Shown: positions 17,919 through 29,019 of the stretch, in pieces
Numbering within the stretch: the stretch's first letter is position 1
How the letters are laid out: each line of letters starts with the position of its first letter
From: Pseudogracilibacillus sp.
GTDB lineage: Bacteria; Bacillota; Bacilli; Bacillales; Amphibacillaceae
NCBI GenBank assembly: GCA_035301845.1
Contig: DATGTM010000081.1
Span: forward strand, 10,243 to 74,242
DNA: 64,000 bases
Direction: 5' to 3'
The notes under the pieces: model-generated
Database searches by the model: none
What the model was told of the DNA's origin: nothing
The model's input: only the letters and a program-made list of their open reading frames with translations
Translations under genes and position numbers: made by a program

Positions 17919-18842
17919 TTATTTTCTAATAATCGTCATATCTCTAGATTTCTTTCGTTGATACGTGGATAATACAACACCAAAAACAATTAAGAAGGCA
18001 CCGATTAGTTCGATAAGTGTAATTGGCTTTTGTAATAGAATAAAACCCGCAACCATTGCAACAAAAGGTTCCAGATTGGACAAAATAGATGCTTTAGAAG
18101 CATCAACATTACGGATGTGATTATTCCAGATTAATGTTGCCAAGCCGTGGACTACAACTCCTGTCACAACTAAGAAAATCCACATCGAAACTGGAGCTTC
18201 CATTCGAACAGGCTCTATATAAAATGCAGTGAAAGGAATGCTGATGATAAGGGCTACGATATTGGAATAGATCGTAATCGAAAACGCATCAACCCTGCTT
18301 CCTAAATAACGAGTTAGAATAATCATGATGGCAAACGTGACCATCGTTAAAACAATCCAAATCAACCCTTCATCTATCTGTAACTCTTTAAAGTCCCCTT
18401 TTGTTACGACATAAAAGATACCAATAATCGCCACGATCGATCCAATCCCCATACGGATGGTAATTTTTTCATGCAGAAAAATAGCGGCTAACACCCCTGC
18501 AAGGATAGGAGTTGTTGCTAAAATCAACGCTGCAGTAGTTGGATCTGCTGTCTCCAACCCAACAAAAAACGACCATTGATTAATAAATACTCCAACGATT
18601 CCTAATATTATAATGAGTAACCAGTCTGTTTTTCGTTCTATTTTCTTCCCTTGGTGATAGAAGAAAGCTAAAGCCAATAAAAAAATGACAATACTTACGA
18701 AGCGCAGCATCGTCAAAACGGTTGGCGAAAAATATTCAACTAGTATTTTACCAAAAACAAAATTGCTCCCCCACACGATTACGCAAAATATGAGCCAACT
18801 ATAAGAACGTAAAATATGCATCACCTTTTCTTCTTTCGTCAT
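17919..18842 (-). CDS. DMT/EamA family transporter
   Basis: WGSNFV.GK, ten TM helices, ASILSNLEPFVA. Confidence 0.9.
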   Translation of the reverse strand: MTKEEKVMHILRSYSWLIFCVIVWGSNFVFGKILVEYFSPTVLTMLRFVSIVIFLLALAFFYHQGKKIERKTDWLLIIILGIVGVFINQWSFFVGLETADPTTAALILATTPILAGVLAAIFLHEKITIRMGIGSIVAIIGIFYVVTKGDFKELQIDEGLIWIVLTMVTFAIMIILTRYLGSRVDAFSITIYSNIVALIISIPFTAFYIEPVRMEAPVSMWIFLVVTGVVVHGLATLIWNNHIRNVDASKASILSNLEPFVAMVAGFILLQKPITLIELIGAFLIVFGVVLSTYQRKKSRDMTIIRK

Positions 18843-18935
18843 CTAACTCAGTATAATCAACTACGTTCAAAAGATAAAGTGTTAAAACTTTCACGCAAAA
18901 ACCTAGCCAACTAGGTTAGTCGACTAGGTGCAGGG

Positions 18936-19637
18936 TTAATGCTTTCGTTTTGCGTATTTCACACTGTACTGATGTCCATCCTGAATCAATTGAATACCTT
19001 GCCATCCCTCTTTTAATAATTGTTGTTGCAATCCGATTTCTGAAGTCGGCAGTACTTTTGTTTCTAGCTGGTACTGCTTTTCTTTTTCTTGTAGATCTTT
19101 CACAAAAATATAACGCATTTTACCAGCATACATTTCCTGCAAAGCTCCTACAACCATTCCTTGATAAAATTTATCTTTCAAACTTGGAATATTTCGTGGA
19201 GCAACGGTAGCACAGACATATCTAAACTCAAAAGAAGATTCGTCTAACTCCCGCATGATCGCGTACGCTAACTTTTGTTGGAGTTGGTTCCCTCTATAGG
19301 CAGGATGAACAACAGAAATTTCTTGATAAATAATGTTTTCCAATTGGTCCTTTAAATCGAGCGCGTATCCCAAATGAAATTCGTCAACAGGAGGAACTAA
19401 TAAGGCACGAAATGCAATTAATGACTCTTTTACAAAAGCACCAATCATTAATCCATTCCCTTGCAATATATACGAAAATTCATTGCTCGATAAAGGTTGT
19501 AAAGAGCTCTTATCTTCTAACACACTCTCTGCTTGTTGCTGCACATGTTGCATCTTCGGGATATCTGCTAAATCAAGCCGTCTTATTTTGTATGTTTCAT
19601 TACTTGTTTTCAATACACCTTGCGATATATATGCCAT
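18936..19637 (-). CDS. GNAT family acyltransferase (putative N-succinyltransferase)
   Basis: EISVVHPAYRGNQLQQKL acyl-CoA motif A, ATVAP.N.PSL. Specific function inferred from the operon. Confidence 0.75.
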   Translation of the reverse strand: MAYISQGVLKTSNETYKIRRLDLADIPKMQHVQQQAESVLEDKSSLQPLSSNEFSYILQGNGLMIGAFVKESLIAFRALLVPPVDEFHLGYALDLKDQLENIIYQEISVVHPAYRGNQLQQKLAYAIMRELDESSFEFRYVCATVAPRNIPSLKDKFYQGMVVGALQEMYAGKMRYIFVKDLQEKEKQYQLETKVLPTSEIGLQQQLLKEGWQGIQLIQDGHQYSVKYAKRKH

Positions 19638-19756
19638 TACTTTTCGCCTCCTTGTCAGCGCAGAACAGCTATTCATCTTTTTAAAAATTAAAAATGCTTC
19701 CTTTTATTGAGAACTAATTCAAAGAACGACAGGCATTTGCATTTATTTATTTATTT

Positions 19757-20875
19757 CTATTTCTCTTTTCCTGAACCCTTTAATAAAGATCGACATGCTT
19801 CCATTAAGACCGCAACTCCATTCTCCAATGCGTCATGATTAAATGTCATATCCGGATGATGCAGCCCAGGTGTTACGTCAGCTCCTAATGCAAGCATTGT
19901 TGCCTTGATATGAGGCTTTAACAATGTATAAAAATGAAAATCATCTGATCCGCTTGTTAGGATAGCGGGTGTCGTTTGTTCTTTTCCAAGAACTTCCATA
20001 ATCGCTTGATTCATTTTCTCTTCTGCTTCAGGATGAATCACAGCTGCCGGAACTTCATCGTCCATCTCTAGTTCAATTGAACAACCATAGTATTTAGAAA
20101 GTAATTCACTAATATCATTCACACGTTTTTTTAAAAAGTCCATTGCTTCATTCGATTGTGCTCGCATATCTAAACCAAAGGTTGCTGAACCAGGTATAAT
20201 ATTAATATTTTTTCCTCCAGCTTGAATATGGGTCATCTTTACGGAAGCTGGAGTCATCGGATTAATGTGAACATGCTGGATATGTTGCAACATACTATAA
20301 GCCACTTCAATCGCATTCACCCCTTCTTGAGGTCGAGCACCATGGTGATCGTTTCCGGTAATCTTTCCATGAAGAAAAACACATGCTCCATGATTGATTG
20401 CTGGAGCACATTGTGGAAAGGCTACTTCATTTGCCGGACGCACATGAAGTCCAAATAAATAATCGATGTCATCAGCAACCCCTGTTTCAACAGTATAGAT
20501 AGCCCCTCCGCCTTTTTCTTCCGCTGGCTGATATATTGCACGTAACGTCCCTGTGAAATGTTCCGCTTCCTGAGCAAGTCTGAGCATCACTGTAGTTACG
20601 ATCGCCATATGAGCATCATGCCCACAAGAATGATTGGCTTGTACTTTCTGATTTACTTCCTGATATAGTGCATCCATATCAGCCCGGATGGCCACAACTG
20701 GCTCTCCTTGTCCTATGTCGACAGAAAAACCAGGGATTGTTGCAAAAGGAACTGGTTGCAAGCCTCTTTTTTTAACGTAATCCATCAAGTAATTAGTTGT
20801 TTCGATTTCTTCCCAGCTTCTTTCTGGATGTTCATGTAAATAGCGCCATAAATCTTGCATTTCCGATGTCTTCAT
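19757..20875 (-). CDS. amhX: M20 amidohydrolase, AmhX-like
   Basis: LH.HPE.SWEE.ETT, RADMDALYQEV, ANHSCGHDAHM, QPAEEKG.GA, HGARP, DFHFY, PGLHHP.M.F. Confidence 0.8.
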   Translation of the reverse strand: MKTSEMQDLWRYLHEHPERSWEEIETTNYLMDYVKKRGLQPVPFATIPGFSVDIGQGEPVVAIRADMDALYQEVNQKVQANHSCGHDAHMAIVTTVMLRLAQEAEHFTGTLRAIYQPAEEKGGGAIYTVETGVADDIDYLFGLHVRPANEVAFPQCAPAINHGACVFLHGKITGNDHHGARPQEGVNAIEVAYSMLQHIQHVHINPMTPASVKMTHIQAGGKNINIIPGSATFGLDMRAQSNEAMDFLKKRVNDISELLSKYYGCSIELEMDDEVPAAVIHPEAEEKMNQAIMEVLGKEQTTPAILTSGSDDFHFYTLLKPHIKATMLALGADVTPGLHHPDMTFNHDALENGVAVLMEACRSLLKGSGKEK

Positions 20876-22003
20876 TTATACATTTTCCTTTTTATTCACG
20901 ATGGTTTCGTGTGAAATCGTTAATTTTTTCAACTGATTTTCATTGATATCGATCCCTAATCCCGGTCTAGATGGCAGATGAACTGCGGGCAAGTCATAGG
21001 TTAAATCCCCTATTTCTTCCGTGAATTTTGTTGGGCCTGAAATCTCTGTTGAAATGATATTTTCTTTCGCAGCTGCTACATGGAATCCTGCCGCAGAAGC
21101 AATGCTGGATTCTACCATCGATCCTATTTGGCAAGCGATTCCAAATAGTTCGGCCTGAGTCGCGAGTTGATATGCTGGGTAAATTCCTCCGCTTTTCATT
21201 AGTTTAATATTTATATAATCAACTGACTGATCTTCGATAAACGTCCGCAAATTTTGCGGAGTGACCATGCTCTCATCTGCCATTAGTGGCTGCTCTACAC
21301 GGTGACTTAACTGTTTAAACAAAGAGACATCCATTTGTCGAATCGGTTGCTCCACCCACGTCACATCGTAAGGCTCTAATTGTTTCATTGTCTGTCTGGC
21401 AGTTTGTACCGTTTGCCATCCTTGATTTACATCCACACGAATCAATATACTCGGTCCGACTGCTTCGCGCACCGCTTTCACACGAGCAACATCTTTTTTC
21501 GGGGTTGTCCCAAGTTTCATTTTCAGTTCTTGATAGCCTTCTTTTACAGCTTCTTCTGCTTGTTTTTTTAACACCTCTGGTTCAAAGATGCTTAACACAC
21601 GCGGAATCGTTAAGGGGGTTTCCTTTCTTCCACCTAATAGTTTATACACGGGAAGTTGCGCTTGTTTACCTAAAATATCATAACAAGCAATATCAATCGC
21701 CGCTTTAGCTGCACCGTTATAGACCAGTGCCTGATTCATTTTTTTATGTATTAGTTGAATATTAGTAGGGTCTGTATCAAGAATAGCTGGAACTAATTGT
21801 TGCTTTAATGCAGCTGCAACACTGTGAACAGATTCTCCTGTCACGTGTTCGTCCGGAACACTTTCACCATAACCTGTAATTCCTTCATTAGTATGGACCT
21901 TTACAATAATCGCAGGCATCGTTTCAAATTCCTGATAGCTTATGATAAATGGTTCTTTTAATGGTATATCAATCTGAATAATGTTCACTTTTGTTATGTG
22001 CAT
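20876..22003 (-). CDS. Enolase superfamily (MLE subgroup) racemase, N-succinyl-amino-acid racemase-like
   Basis: KMK, DVNQGW, EQP, DE, NIKLMK.GG, GSMVESS, EISGP. Lacks the DxD of Ala-Glu epimerases; from memory resembles B. cereus N-succinyl-Arg/Lys racemase. Confidence 0.8.
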   Translation of the reverse strand: MHITKVNIIQIDIPLKEPFIISYQEFETMPAIIVKVHTNEGITGYGESVPDEHVTGESVHSVAAALKQQLVPAILDTDPTNIQLIHKKMNQALVYNGAAKAAIDIACYDILGKQAQLPVYKLLGGRKETPLTIPRVLSIFEPEVLKKQAEEAVKEGYQELKMKLGTTPKKDVARVKAVREAVGPSILIRVDVNQGWQTVQTARQTMKQLEPYDVTWVEQPIRQMDVSLFKQLSHRVEQPLMADESMVTPQNLRTFIEDQSVDYINIKLMKSGGIYPAYQLATQAELFGIACQIGSMVESSIASAAGFHVAAAKENIISTEISGPTKFTEEIGDLTYDLPAVHLPSRPGLGIDINENQLKKLTISHETIVNKKENV

Positions 22004-22188
22004 ATGCTCCCCTTCTTTCCATTCATCTTTCTTTAATCATATCATTTTATATATGAGAAATGTATCAAATTTATGATATTTCGTCTTTCAGAAACTTTAC
22101 TTAATTTTAAGAATTTTCCTTTAATTATTACATAATTGTGGTATACTTTTACAAAACAATGCATTTACATTAAATAGGGGGCGAAGTA

Positions 22189-23031
22189 ATGAAAAAAAAT
22201 TATTGGCTTATGCTTTTATTTGCTGCTCTACTCATTCTTGTAGCAGCTTGTGGAAAAGATACCAATGATTTGGAAAAAGAAACAGAGAACAATAATAATG
22301 CAGAAGCAGAGGAAATGGAAGAAGATGCTGGATCTGCTGACAAAGACGTGTTTACTGTTGCAACTGATAACTCCTATGCACCGTTTGAATTTATTGACGA
22401 CGAAACGGGAGAGTTAGAAGGGTTTGACGTAGAACTGATAGAAGCTTTAGCGGAGGAAGCAGATATTGAAATTGAAATTCAGCAGTTAGAATTTGATGGC
22501 ATTGTTGCCGGTGTAGGTTCTGGTAAATTCGATATTGGTATTGCTGGCATGACTATTACAGATGAACGAAAAGAAAATATCGACTTTTCTCAGCCTTATT
22601 ACGAGGCTGGACTCATTTTAGCAGTCACCGACGATAACGACGATATTGAATCGATTGACGATGTTGATGACAAAGTAGTCGCCACGCGTGTAGGTTCTAC
22701 AAGTGAAGACTATTTAAAAGATGAAACAGATGCGGAAGTAGAATCTTTTCCAGAAATAGTCGAAGCTTATCAAGTAGTGATGCAAGGGAAAGTCGACGCT
22801 GTATTATATGACTTACCAAACGTTTTATATTACGCGAACAAAGAAACAGGTGGTGAGCTTGATACGGTAGGTGATCGTCTAACAGGGGAAGATTATGGCA
22901 TCGCTTTTCCAAAAGGTTCGGAAATTCGTGATGATATTGATGATGCACTCACGACTCTAAAAGAAGACGGAACATACGATGAAATTTATGAAAAATGGTT
23001 TGGAGAAAGTCCTGATGAATCAGAAGAGTAA
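22189..23031 (+). CDS. Polar amino acid (GlnH-like) ABC substrate-binding lipoprotein
   Basis: Lipobox VAAC, YAPFEF, GFDV.L, AGMTITDER...DFS.PYY, YGIAFPKGS. Confidence 0.92.
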   Translation: MKKNYWLMLLFAALLILVAACGKDTNDLEKETENNNNAEAEEMEEDAGSADKDVFTVATDNSYAPFEFIDDETGELEGFDVELIEALAEEADIEIEIQQLEFDGIVAGVGSGKFDIGIAGMTITDERKENIDFSQPYYEAGLILAVTDDNDDIESIDDVDDKVVATRVGSTSEDYLKDETDAEVESFPEIVEAYQVVMQGKVDAVLYDLPNVLYYANKETGGELDTVGDRLTGEDYGIAFPKGSEIRDDIDDALTTLKEDGTYDEIYEKWFGESPDESEE

Positions 23032-23112
23032 GTAAACCTATAGCACTATACCGGAAAAGCGTGATCATAGTATCACGCTTTTCTAGCTTACATATAAAGG
23101 AGTTGGAACGTT

Positions 23113-23754
23113 ATGGAATATATTATTGGGGTTACTCCTTATTTAATTAAAGGGATCCAATTAACGTTTATTATCACCGTAGTTGGTGTGTTTATTGGTT
23201 TTATTATTGGCACGTTTGCAGGAATGGGACGCTTAGCCAAAAACAAGTTGGTCTTTTGGATATCTACTATTTATGTAGAAGTTATTCGTGGTACGCCCAT
23301 CTTAGTACAAATCCTTTTTCTATACTTTGGGGTTTCGGATTTATTAAATTTAGATTTAGATAAAATCTCCGCCTCTATTATTGCCATCGCAATAAACGCT
23401 GGTGCCTATGTCGCGGAAATTGTTCGAGGCGGTATTCAAGCAATTGATAAAGGACAAACCGAGGCAGGTCGTTCTGTTGGCCTAACATCCGCTCAAACAA
23501 TGCGGTACATTATTTGGCCTCAGGCTTTTAAACAAATCATTCCACCGCTTGGAAATCAATTCATTATTAGTTTGAAAGACACTTCTTTGTTTTCAGCGAT
23601 TGCGGTACATGAATTACTATATATGGGGAAACAATATGCAGCATCCACCTTCACGTATTTTGAACCTTATTTGATGGTTGGCATATTTTACCTGATTATC
23701 ACAATTCCATCATCTATTATATTAAGAAAAGTCGAACGGAGGTTAGACGTTTAA
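23113..23754 (+). CDS. Polar amino acid ABC permease (GlnP-like)
   Basis: [38 protein letters not shown]. Confidence 0.94.
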   Translation: MEYIIGVTPYLIKGIQLTFIITVVGVFIGFIIGTFAGMGRLAKNKLVFWISTIYVEVIRGTPILVQILFLYFGVSDLLNLDLDKISASIIAIAINAGAYVAEIVRGGIQAIDKGQTEAGRSVGLTSAQTMRYIIWPQAFKQIIPPLGNQFIISLKDTSLFSAIAVHELLYMGKQYAASTFTYFEPYLMVGIFYLIITIPSSIILRKVERRLDV

Positions 23755-24476
23755 TGATTACAGTAACGGATTTACATAAAAGTTTCGGATCAAATGAAGT
23801 GTTAAAAGGCATCAATAATAAAATAGCAGAAAAAGAAGTCGTTTGTGTTATCGGGGCTTCCGGCTCAGGAAAGAGTACTTTTTTACGCTGCTTAAATGCA
23901 TTGGAAGAAATAACTTCCGGAAGTATCACAATTAGTGGAGAAGATTTATCTAACCCGTCGGTTGATATCAATCAAATGCGTTCTAAAGTAGGCATGGTTT
24001 TTCAACATTTTAATTTATTCCCCCATAAAACAGTCCTGGAAAATATTACACTAGGCCCCTTAAAAGTGAAAAAAGAAACAAAAGATGAAGCGAATGAACA
24101 TGCACGAGCGTTATTAAGTAAAGTTGGTTTAGAAGATAAAGAAAACGCGTATCCTAAAAGTTTATCCGGGGGGCAAAAGCAACGTGTCGCTATTTCAAGA
24201 GCTTTGTCCATGAATCCTGAAGTAATGTTGTTTGACGAGCCTACTTCCGCTTTAGATCCGGAACTTGTCGGAGAAGTGTTGGCCGTCATGAAGAATTTAG
24301 CTGAGGAAGGAATGACCATGGTCGTTGTCACCCATGAAATGGGGTTCGCCCGTGAAGTAGGAGACAGAGTTATCTTTATTGATGAAGGTGCCGTTGTCGA
24401 AGAAGGCACACCTGAAGAAATCTTTCAAAATCCGCAAAGCGAACGGTTAAAATCCTTTTTAGGTAAAATATTATAA
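23754..24476 (+). CDS. Polar amino acid ABC ATPase (GlnQ-like)
   Basis: [39 protein letters not shown]. Confidence 0.95.
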   Translation: MITVTDLHKSFGSNEVLKGINNKIAEKEVVCVIGASGSGKSTFLRCLNALEEITSGSITISGEDLSNPSVDINQMRSKVGMVFQHFNLFPHKTVLENITLGPLKVKKETKDEANEHARALLSKVGLEDKENAYPKSLSGGQKQRVAISRALSMNPEVMLFDEPTSALDPELVGEVLAVMKNLAEEGMTMVVVTHEMGFAREVGDRVIFIDEGAVVEEGTPEEIFQNPQSERLKSFLGKIL

Positions 24477-24496
24477 ATTCATCACTCAGATTATTA

Positions 24497-24538
24497 AAAG
24501 CTCAAAAGGAAGCTATATTTGCCTTTTGAGCTTTTTTT
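24497..24538 (+). terminator. Intrinsic terminator
   Basis: AGCTCAAAAGG / CCTTTTGAGCT followed by a T run. Confidence 0.85.
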
Positions 24539-24549
24539 ATGATTTAAAA

Positions 24550-24566
24550 ATACACCTTACGGGTAT
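24550..24566. promoter_or_regulatory. Putative CsoR-type operator
   Basis: ATAC-ACCTTACGG-GTAT pseudo-palindrome with C and G tracts, directly upstream of a Cu ATPase. Confidence 0.5.
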
Positions 24567-24600
24567 ATGAAAAATAGATTGGACTAGAAAGGTGATAAAA

Positions 24601-26586
24601 ATGGAACATTCTCATGAAGAGCACTCGCATCATAGTCATCAAGAGCATCATGCACATATGGTGAAAGATTTCAAAAAACGTTTCTATATTTCACTTATCA
24701 TTACAATTCCTATATTAATTCTCTCCCCAATGATTCAATCATTTGCTAGTGTAGAAATTAGTTTTACCGGTGATTCATATATCTTATTTGGGTTAGCAAC
24801 TTTTATTTTCTTTTATGGTGGTTGGCCTTTCTTAACTGGACTAAAAGATGAAGTAAAAGACAAGAGCCCCGGAATGATGACACTGATTGGTTTTGCTATT
24901 TTTATTGCTTACTTTTACAGTGCGTTAACTGTCTTCGGGTTCAAAGGACAAGATTTCTTTTGGGAGTTAGCTACGTTAATTGACATTATGCTGTTAGGTC
25001 ACTGGATTGAAATGAAATCTGTAATGGGAGCCTCTAACGCATTAGAAGAATTAATCAAATTGATTCCTAGTGAGGCAAATAAATTGGATGATGATAATAA
25101 AATACAAGTTGTTTCCGTCGAAAGTTTGAAGCCGGAGGACCGAATAATCGTTAAACCAGGCGAAAAAATACCCGTTGACGGTACCATCCTTAGTGGACAG
25201 TCAGCGATTGACGAATCCATGTTGACTGGTGAATCGATTCCAGTTGAAAAATTTCAAAAAGATGAAGTGATCGGTGGTTCTGTAAACAGCGAGGGTTCCT
25301 TAACTGTACAGGTAAATAAAACAGGAGACGATTCCTATTTATCCCAGGTCGTTCAACTTGTACAAGAAGCCCAAGCATCAAAATCGAAAGCACAAAATAT
25401 TACCGACAAAGCAGCCAAATGGTTATTTTACATCGCACTTGCATCCGGCTTTGTCACTTTGTTTATTTGGTTATTCTTAGGCTTTCCTTTTGATACGAGC
25501 TTAGAAAGAATGGTTACCGTCATGGTGATAACATGTCCCCATGCCTTAGGACTTGCAGCTCCATTAGTCACCGCAGTTTCTACTTCTCTATCAGCAAAAC
25601 AAGGATTGCTCATTCGAAACAGGACAAATTTTGAACAAGCAAGAAAAGTAAATGCGGTCATATTTGATAAAACAGGCACTCTAACTAAAGGGGAATTTGG
25701 AGTGGAAAATATACAATCGGTTGAAGGAACAACAGAAAACGATGTGTTGCAATTGGCTGCAAGTGTCGAGCAACACTCTGAACACCCATTAGCACAAGGC
25801 ATTGTTAAAGCTGCTGAAGAAAGAGAAATTCGTTTATCTAATGTAACCAATTTTGCTTCTATTACGGGACAAGGTATTTCCGGCATGATAGGCGAAAAGA
25901 ACATTCGTATCGTCAGCCCTGGATATATGAACAAAAATCAATTGCATTATGATGAAGAGTATTTTAATCGAGTAGCTGAAGAAGGAAAGACAGTCGTCTT
26001 TGTGTTACAAGAAGAAACATTAAAAGGTATGATAGCTCTCGCTGACCTTGTTCGGGAAACAGCGAAAGAAGCGATTCAGGAATTACATGAACAAGATATT
26101 CATATCGTGATGCTTACTGGAGATAATGAAAGAGTCGCCAATTGGGTAGCTAAACAATTAGCGATTGACGAAGTGTATGCAGAAATATTACCAGAAGAAA
26201 AAGCAAACAAAGTAAAAGAAATTCAACAAAGAGGCTTTAAAACAGCCATGACAGGTGATGGCATTAATGATGCTCCTGCTTTAGCTACTGCAGATTTAGG
26301 AATCGCAATCGGTGCGGGGACCGATGTTGCAATGGAGTCCGCAGATATTGTGCTCGTTAATAGTAATCCGAAAGATGTCGTTACATTAATGGAGTTGTCC
26401 AAAAAAACACAAACAAAAATGGTACAAAACTTGTGGTGGGCCTCAGGATATAACATTATAGCAATCCCACTCGCCGCCGGAATACTAGCCCCTGTTGGCA
26501 TCGTTTTAAGTCCGGCAGTTGGTGCTATCTTGATGAGTTTAAGTACCATCATTGTCGCTATTAATGCAAAGTTATTAAAAATATAA
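24601..26586 (+). CDS. copB: Copper-translocating P1B-3 ATPase
   Basis: His-rich N-terminus, [35 protein letters not shown]. Confidence 0.92.
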   Translation: MEHSHEEHSHHSHQEHHAHMVKDFKKRFYISLIITIPILILSPMIQSFASVEISFTGDSYILFGLATFIFFYGGWPFLTGLKDEVKDKSPGMMTLIGFAIFIAYFYSALTVFGFKGQDFFWELATLIDIMLLGHWIEMKSVMGASNALEELIKLIPSEANKLDDDNKIQVVSVESLKPEDRIIVKPGEKIPVDGTILSGQSAIDESMLTGESIPVEKFQKDEVIGGSVNSEGSLTVQVNKTGDDSYLSQVVQLVQEAQASKSKAQNITDKAAKWLFYIALASGFVTLFIWLFLGFPFDTSLERMVTVMVITCPHALGLAAPLVTAVSTSLSAKQGLLIRNRTNFEQARKVNAVIFDKTGTLTKGEFGVENIQSVEGTTENDVLQLAASVEQHSEHPLAQGIVKAAEEREIRLSNVTNFASITGQGISGMIGEKNIRIVSPGYMNKNQLHYDEEYFNRVAEEGKTVVFVLQEETLKGMIALADLVRETAKEAIQELHEQDIHIVMLTGDNERVANWVAKQLAIDEVYAEILPEEKANKVKEIQQRGFKTAMTGDGINDAPALATADLGIAIGAGTDVAMESADIVLVNSNPKDVVTLMELSKKTQTKMVQNLWWASGYNIIAIPLAAGILAPVGIVLSPAVGAILMSLSTIIVAINAKLLKI

Positions 26587-26653
26587 AATGAATACCTGCT
26601 TATTAAATAGGAGGGTGTATGTACAAAACTTTGTACATACACCCTCATTTTAT

Positions 26654-27445
26654 TCACGTAAATGTATGAGATTCTTTTAAAGCAACAATTCGTAAACGTT
26701 TATAGTCGGCTACCCATTCTTTGCCATTAAATAATGGATGGCGAACTTTCTTTTTCACTTTTTCGTATATATTCTCTCGATCTTCATTAGAAAATTCCGG
26801 GAAAAAGTCTCCTGAGAAACTGGCTAACCAATGATTCAAACCATTTTCCTCATCTGGTAAAACAGTTGGTCGATCAAAATGTTGGGCAAATGTTACTCTA
26901 AAGCCCGTTGATTCCAATAGAGCAGTATATTCGCCAATGCTTGGGAAGTACCAAGGGATGCGTTGATGTGCATCTCTCGTATTGACTTGATATTCATTTT
27001 CTAATACTTCGATAAGTCCCTGAATTAATGAATGGACATTCCCTTTACCTCCCAATTCTGCAACAAAACGCCCGCCCGGCTTAAGATTTTGATACACAGA
27101 AGAAATCACGGGTTCAGGCGTCTTGATCCAATGCAAAGCCGCGTTAGAAAACACAGCATCTTGCAATGGTGAGAAATTAAAATTACGAGCATCTGCTTGT
27201 TGGAAAGTAAGTTGCGGATACTTTCGAGACGCTTCTTCTAACATATCCAAAGAAGCATCAAGCCCGACTACATTGGCACCACTTTGAGCAATATTGCTCG
27301 TAAGGTCTCCTGTACCACAACCTAAATCAATAATATTCTCTCCTGCTTCTGGATCCAATAAACTTACGATATCTTTCCCATAATCAGCAACAAAGTCCAT
27401 TTTATCGTCATATAATTGTGCATTCCATTTGTTATTTTGTTTCAT
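26654..27445 (-). CDS. Class I SAM-dependent methyltransferase
   Basis: W.A.LY, DLGCGTG, DAVFSNAALHW, LKPGGRFV, DY.RLR. Confidence 0.9.
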   Translation of the reverse strand: MKQNNKWNAQLYDDKMDFVADYGKDIVSLLDPEAGENIIDLGCGTGDLTSNIAQSGANVVGLDASLDMLEEASRKYPQLTFQQADARNFNFSPLQDAVFSNAALHWIKTPEPVISSVYQNLKPGGRFVAELGGKGNVHSLIQGLIEVLENEYQVNTRDAHQRIPWYFPSIGEYTALLESTGFRVTFAQHFDRPTVLPDEENGLNHWLASFSGDFFPEFSNEDRENIYEKVKKKVRHPLFNGKEWVADYKRLRIVALKESHTFT

Positions 27446-28736
27446 TTACTTCCCCATCCTTTTGCAAGGCATATAATGCAGCGTTCTCCCCAGCTCTATT
27501 CCCCGTTACAAAAGCAGCAGTAATATTGTATCCACCAGTATAACCATGAATGTCTAATACTTCTCCGCAAAAATATAAACCGTCCATCTTTTTAGAAGTT
27601 AATGTTTTAGGATGAACTTCCTTTAAAGATACTCCTCCACCAGTGATAAATGCTTTTTCTATCGGGAGTGTTCCGCTCACTTTGATTGGAAAAGCTTTTA
27701 AACTCATAGCAAACTGAGTGATTAACTTTTTAGATAATTGATGATACGTCAAATTAGTATCGATTGCTGATTGCTCTAATAAAAATAACATATATCGTTC
27801 TTTAATGAATTGTTTCCAAACGTTTCGAACAGCTTTATTCGGCTCTTGCTTTGCAGCGTTTAATAATAACTCTTCTACTTCCTGTTCGGTATTATCAGGA
27901 AAAACATCTATCGTAACCGTAATATATTCTGCTTTGTATTTCTTTTTTGCTTTTACAATATACTGACTCAGCCGAAGAGCTGCCGGACCTGATAGACCAA
28001 AATGGGTAAAAATCATATCCCAACGATGTGTTTTTATGGCTTTTTGTTTTGGAGAATAGCAAGTAATTGCGATATCGCTTAAAGAAATTCCTTGTAAAGA
28101 TCTATTTTTAATAAATGTTTCCTCTGAAGTTAAAGGGACTTCAGTAGGGTATAAATCTGTTATCGTATGTCCGGCTGCTTTTGCCCAAGGATAGCCATCT
28201 CCTGTCGATCCAGTATGAGGAACTGATTTTCCTCCTGTCGCAATAATCACACTATCGGAAGAAAGGACATCGTCATTCGTTAATGTGACCCGGTGAACAT
28301 CATCTGGATCAAACTTTATCGCAGAAACTTTTGTCTCGGTCCACATGACAACTTGCAAACGACGCAGTTCTTTTAACAACGCATCCACAACAGTTTTTGC
28401 ACTATCTGATACCGGAAACATTCTTCCCTTGTCTTCTTCTTTTACTTTAATTCCCAACTTTTCAAAATACTGAATAATAGATTCATTATTAAACATCGAA
28501 AACGCGCTGTATAAAAACTTACCATTTCCAGGCAAATGACGAATTAATTCATCTTCAGGCATGCGGTTGGTCACATTACAGCGTCCGCCTCCGGAAATAG
28601 CGAGTTTCTTTCCTAATTTCTTACCTTTATCCACCAATAACACAGAGGCTCCCATTTCAGCCGCAGAAATAGCAGCCATCAAACCGCTTGGTCCGCCCCC
28701 AATCACTATCACATCAAAATTCGTTTGTTTATTCAT
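27432..28736 (-). CDS. ytfP: HI0933/BaiN (YtfP/YhiN) family flavoprotein
   Basis: GGGPSGLMAA, KLAISGGGRCNVTN, GRMFP, ATGG.S.P.TGSTGDGY, FTHFG.SGPA, GE..D..GYTGGYN. Confidence 0.88.
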   Translation of the reverse strand: MNKQTNFDVIVIGGGPSGLMAAISAAEMGASVLLVDKGKKLGKKLAISGGGRCNVTNRMPEDELIRHLPGNGKFLYSAFSMFNNESIIQYFEKLGIKVKEEDKGRMFPVSDSAKTVVDALLKELRRLQVVMWTETKVSAIKFDPDDVHRVTLTNDDVLSSDSVIIATGGKSVPHTGSTGDGYPWAKAAGHTITDLYPTEVPLTSEETFIKNRSLQGISLSDIAITCYSPKQKAIKTHRWDMIFTHFGLSGPAALRLSQYIVKAKKKYKAEYITVTIDVFPDNTEQEVEELLLNAAKQEPNKAVRNVWKQFIKERYMLFLLEQSAIDTNLTYHQLSKKLITQFAMSLKAFPIKVSGTLPIEKAFITGGGVSLKEVHPKTLTSKKMDGLYFCGEVLDIHGYTGGYNITAAFVTGNRAGENAALYALQKDGEVNETK

Positions 28737-29019
28737 CTTATTGCGTCCCTTTCATTGAAAGGGAAAATCTCCTACTTTATAGAAATGAAAATTTCTCACA
28801 GAAGTGTTCCCTGTTCATTTAATTTTTTCGTACTACGTTATATTTCAGCCTTCAATATACAACAATTATCCTATCTGCTACTTCAAGGTTTCTATCCCAT
28901 ACAAAAATTTAAACACACACAAGATATATAAAAGTCTCTTATAAGTAACAATAAAATATCGGTATGGTCTGTGCAATCAAAAAGCTCCTCTATCAAAAAT
29001 TGAATAGAGGAGATCTTTT

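Noticed and set aside
20876-22003. L-Ala-D/L-Glu dipeptide epimerase call
   Set aside because: Lacks the DxD motif at the end of the barrel; gene context fits an N-succinyl amino acid racemase better.
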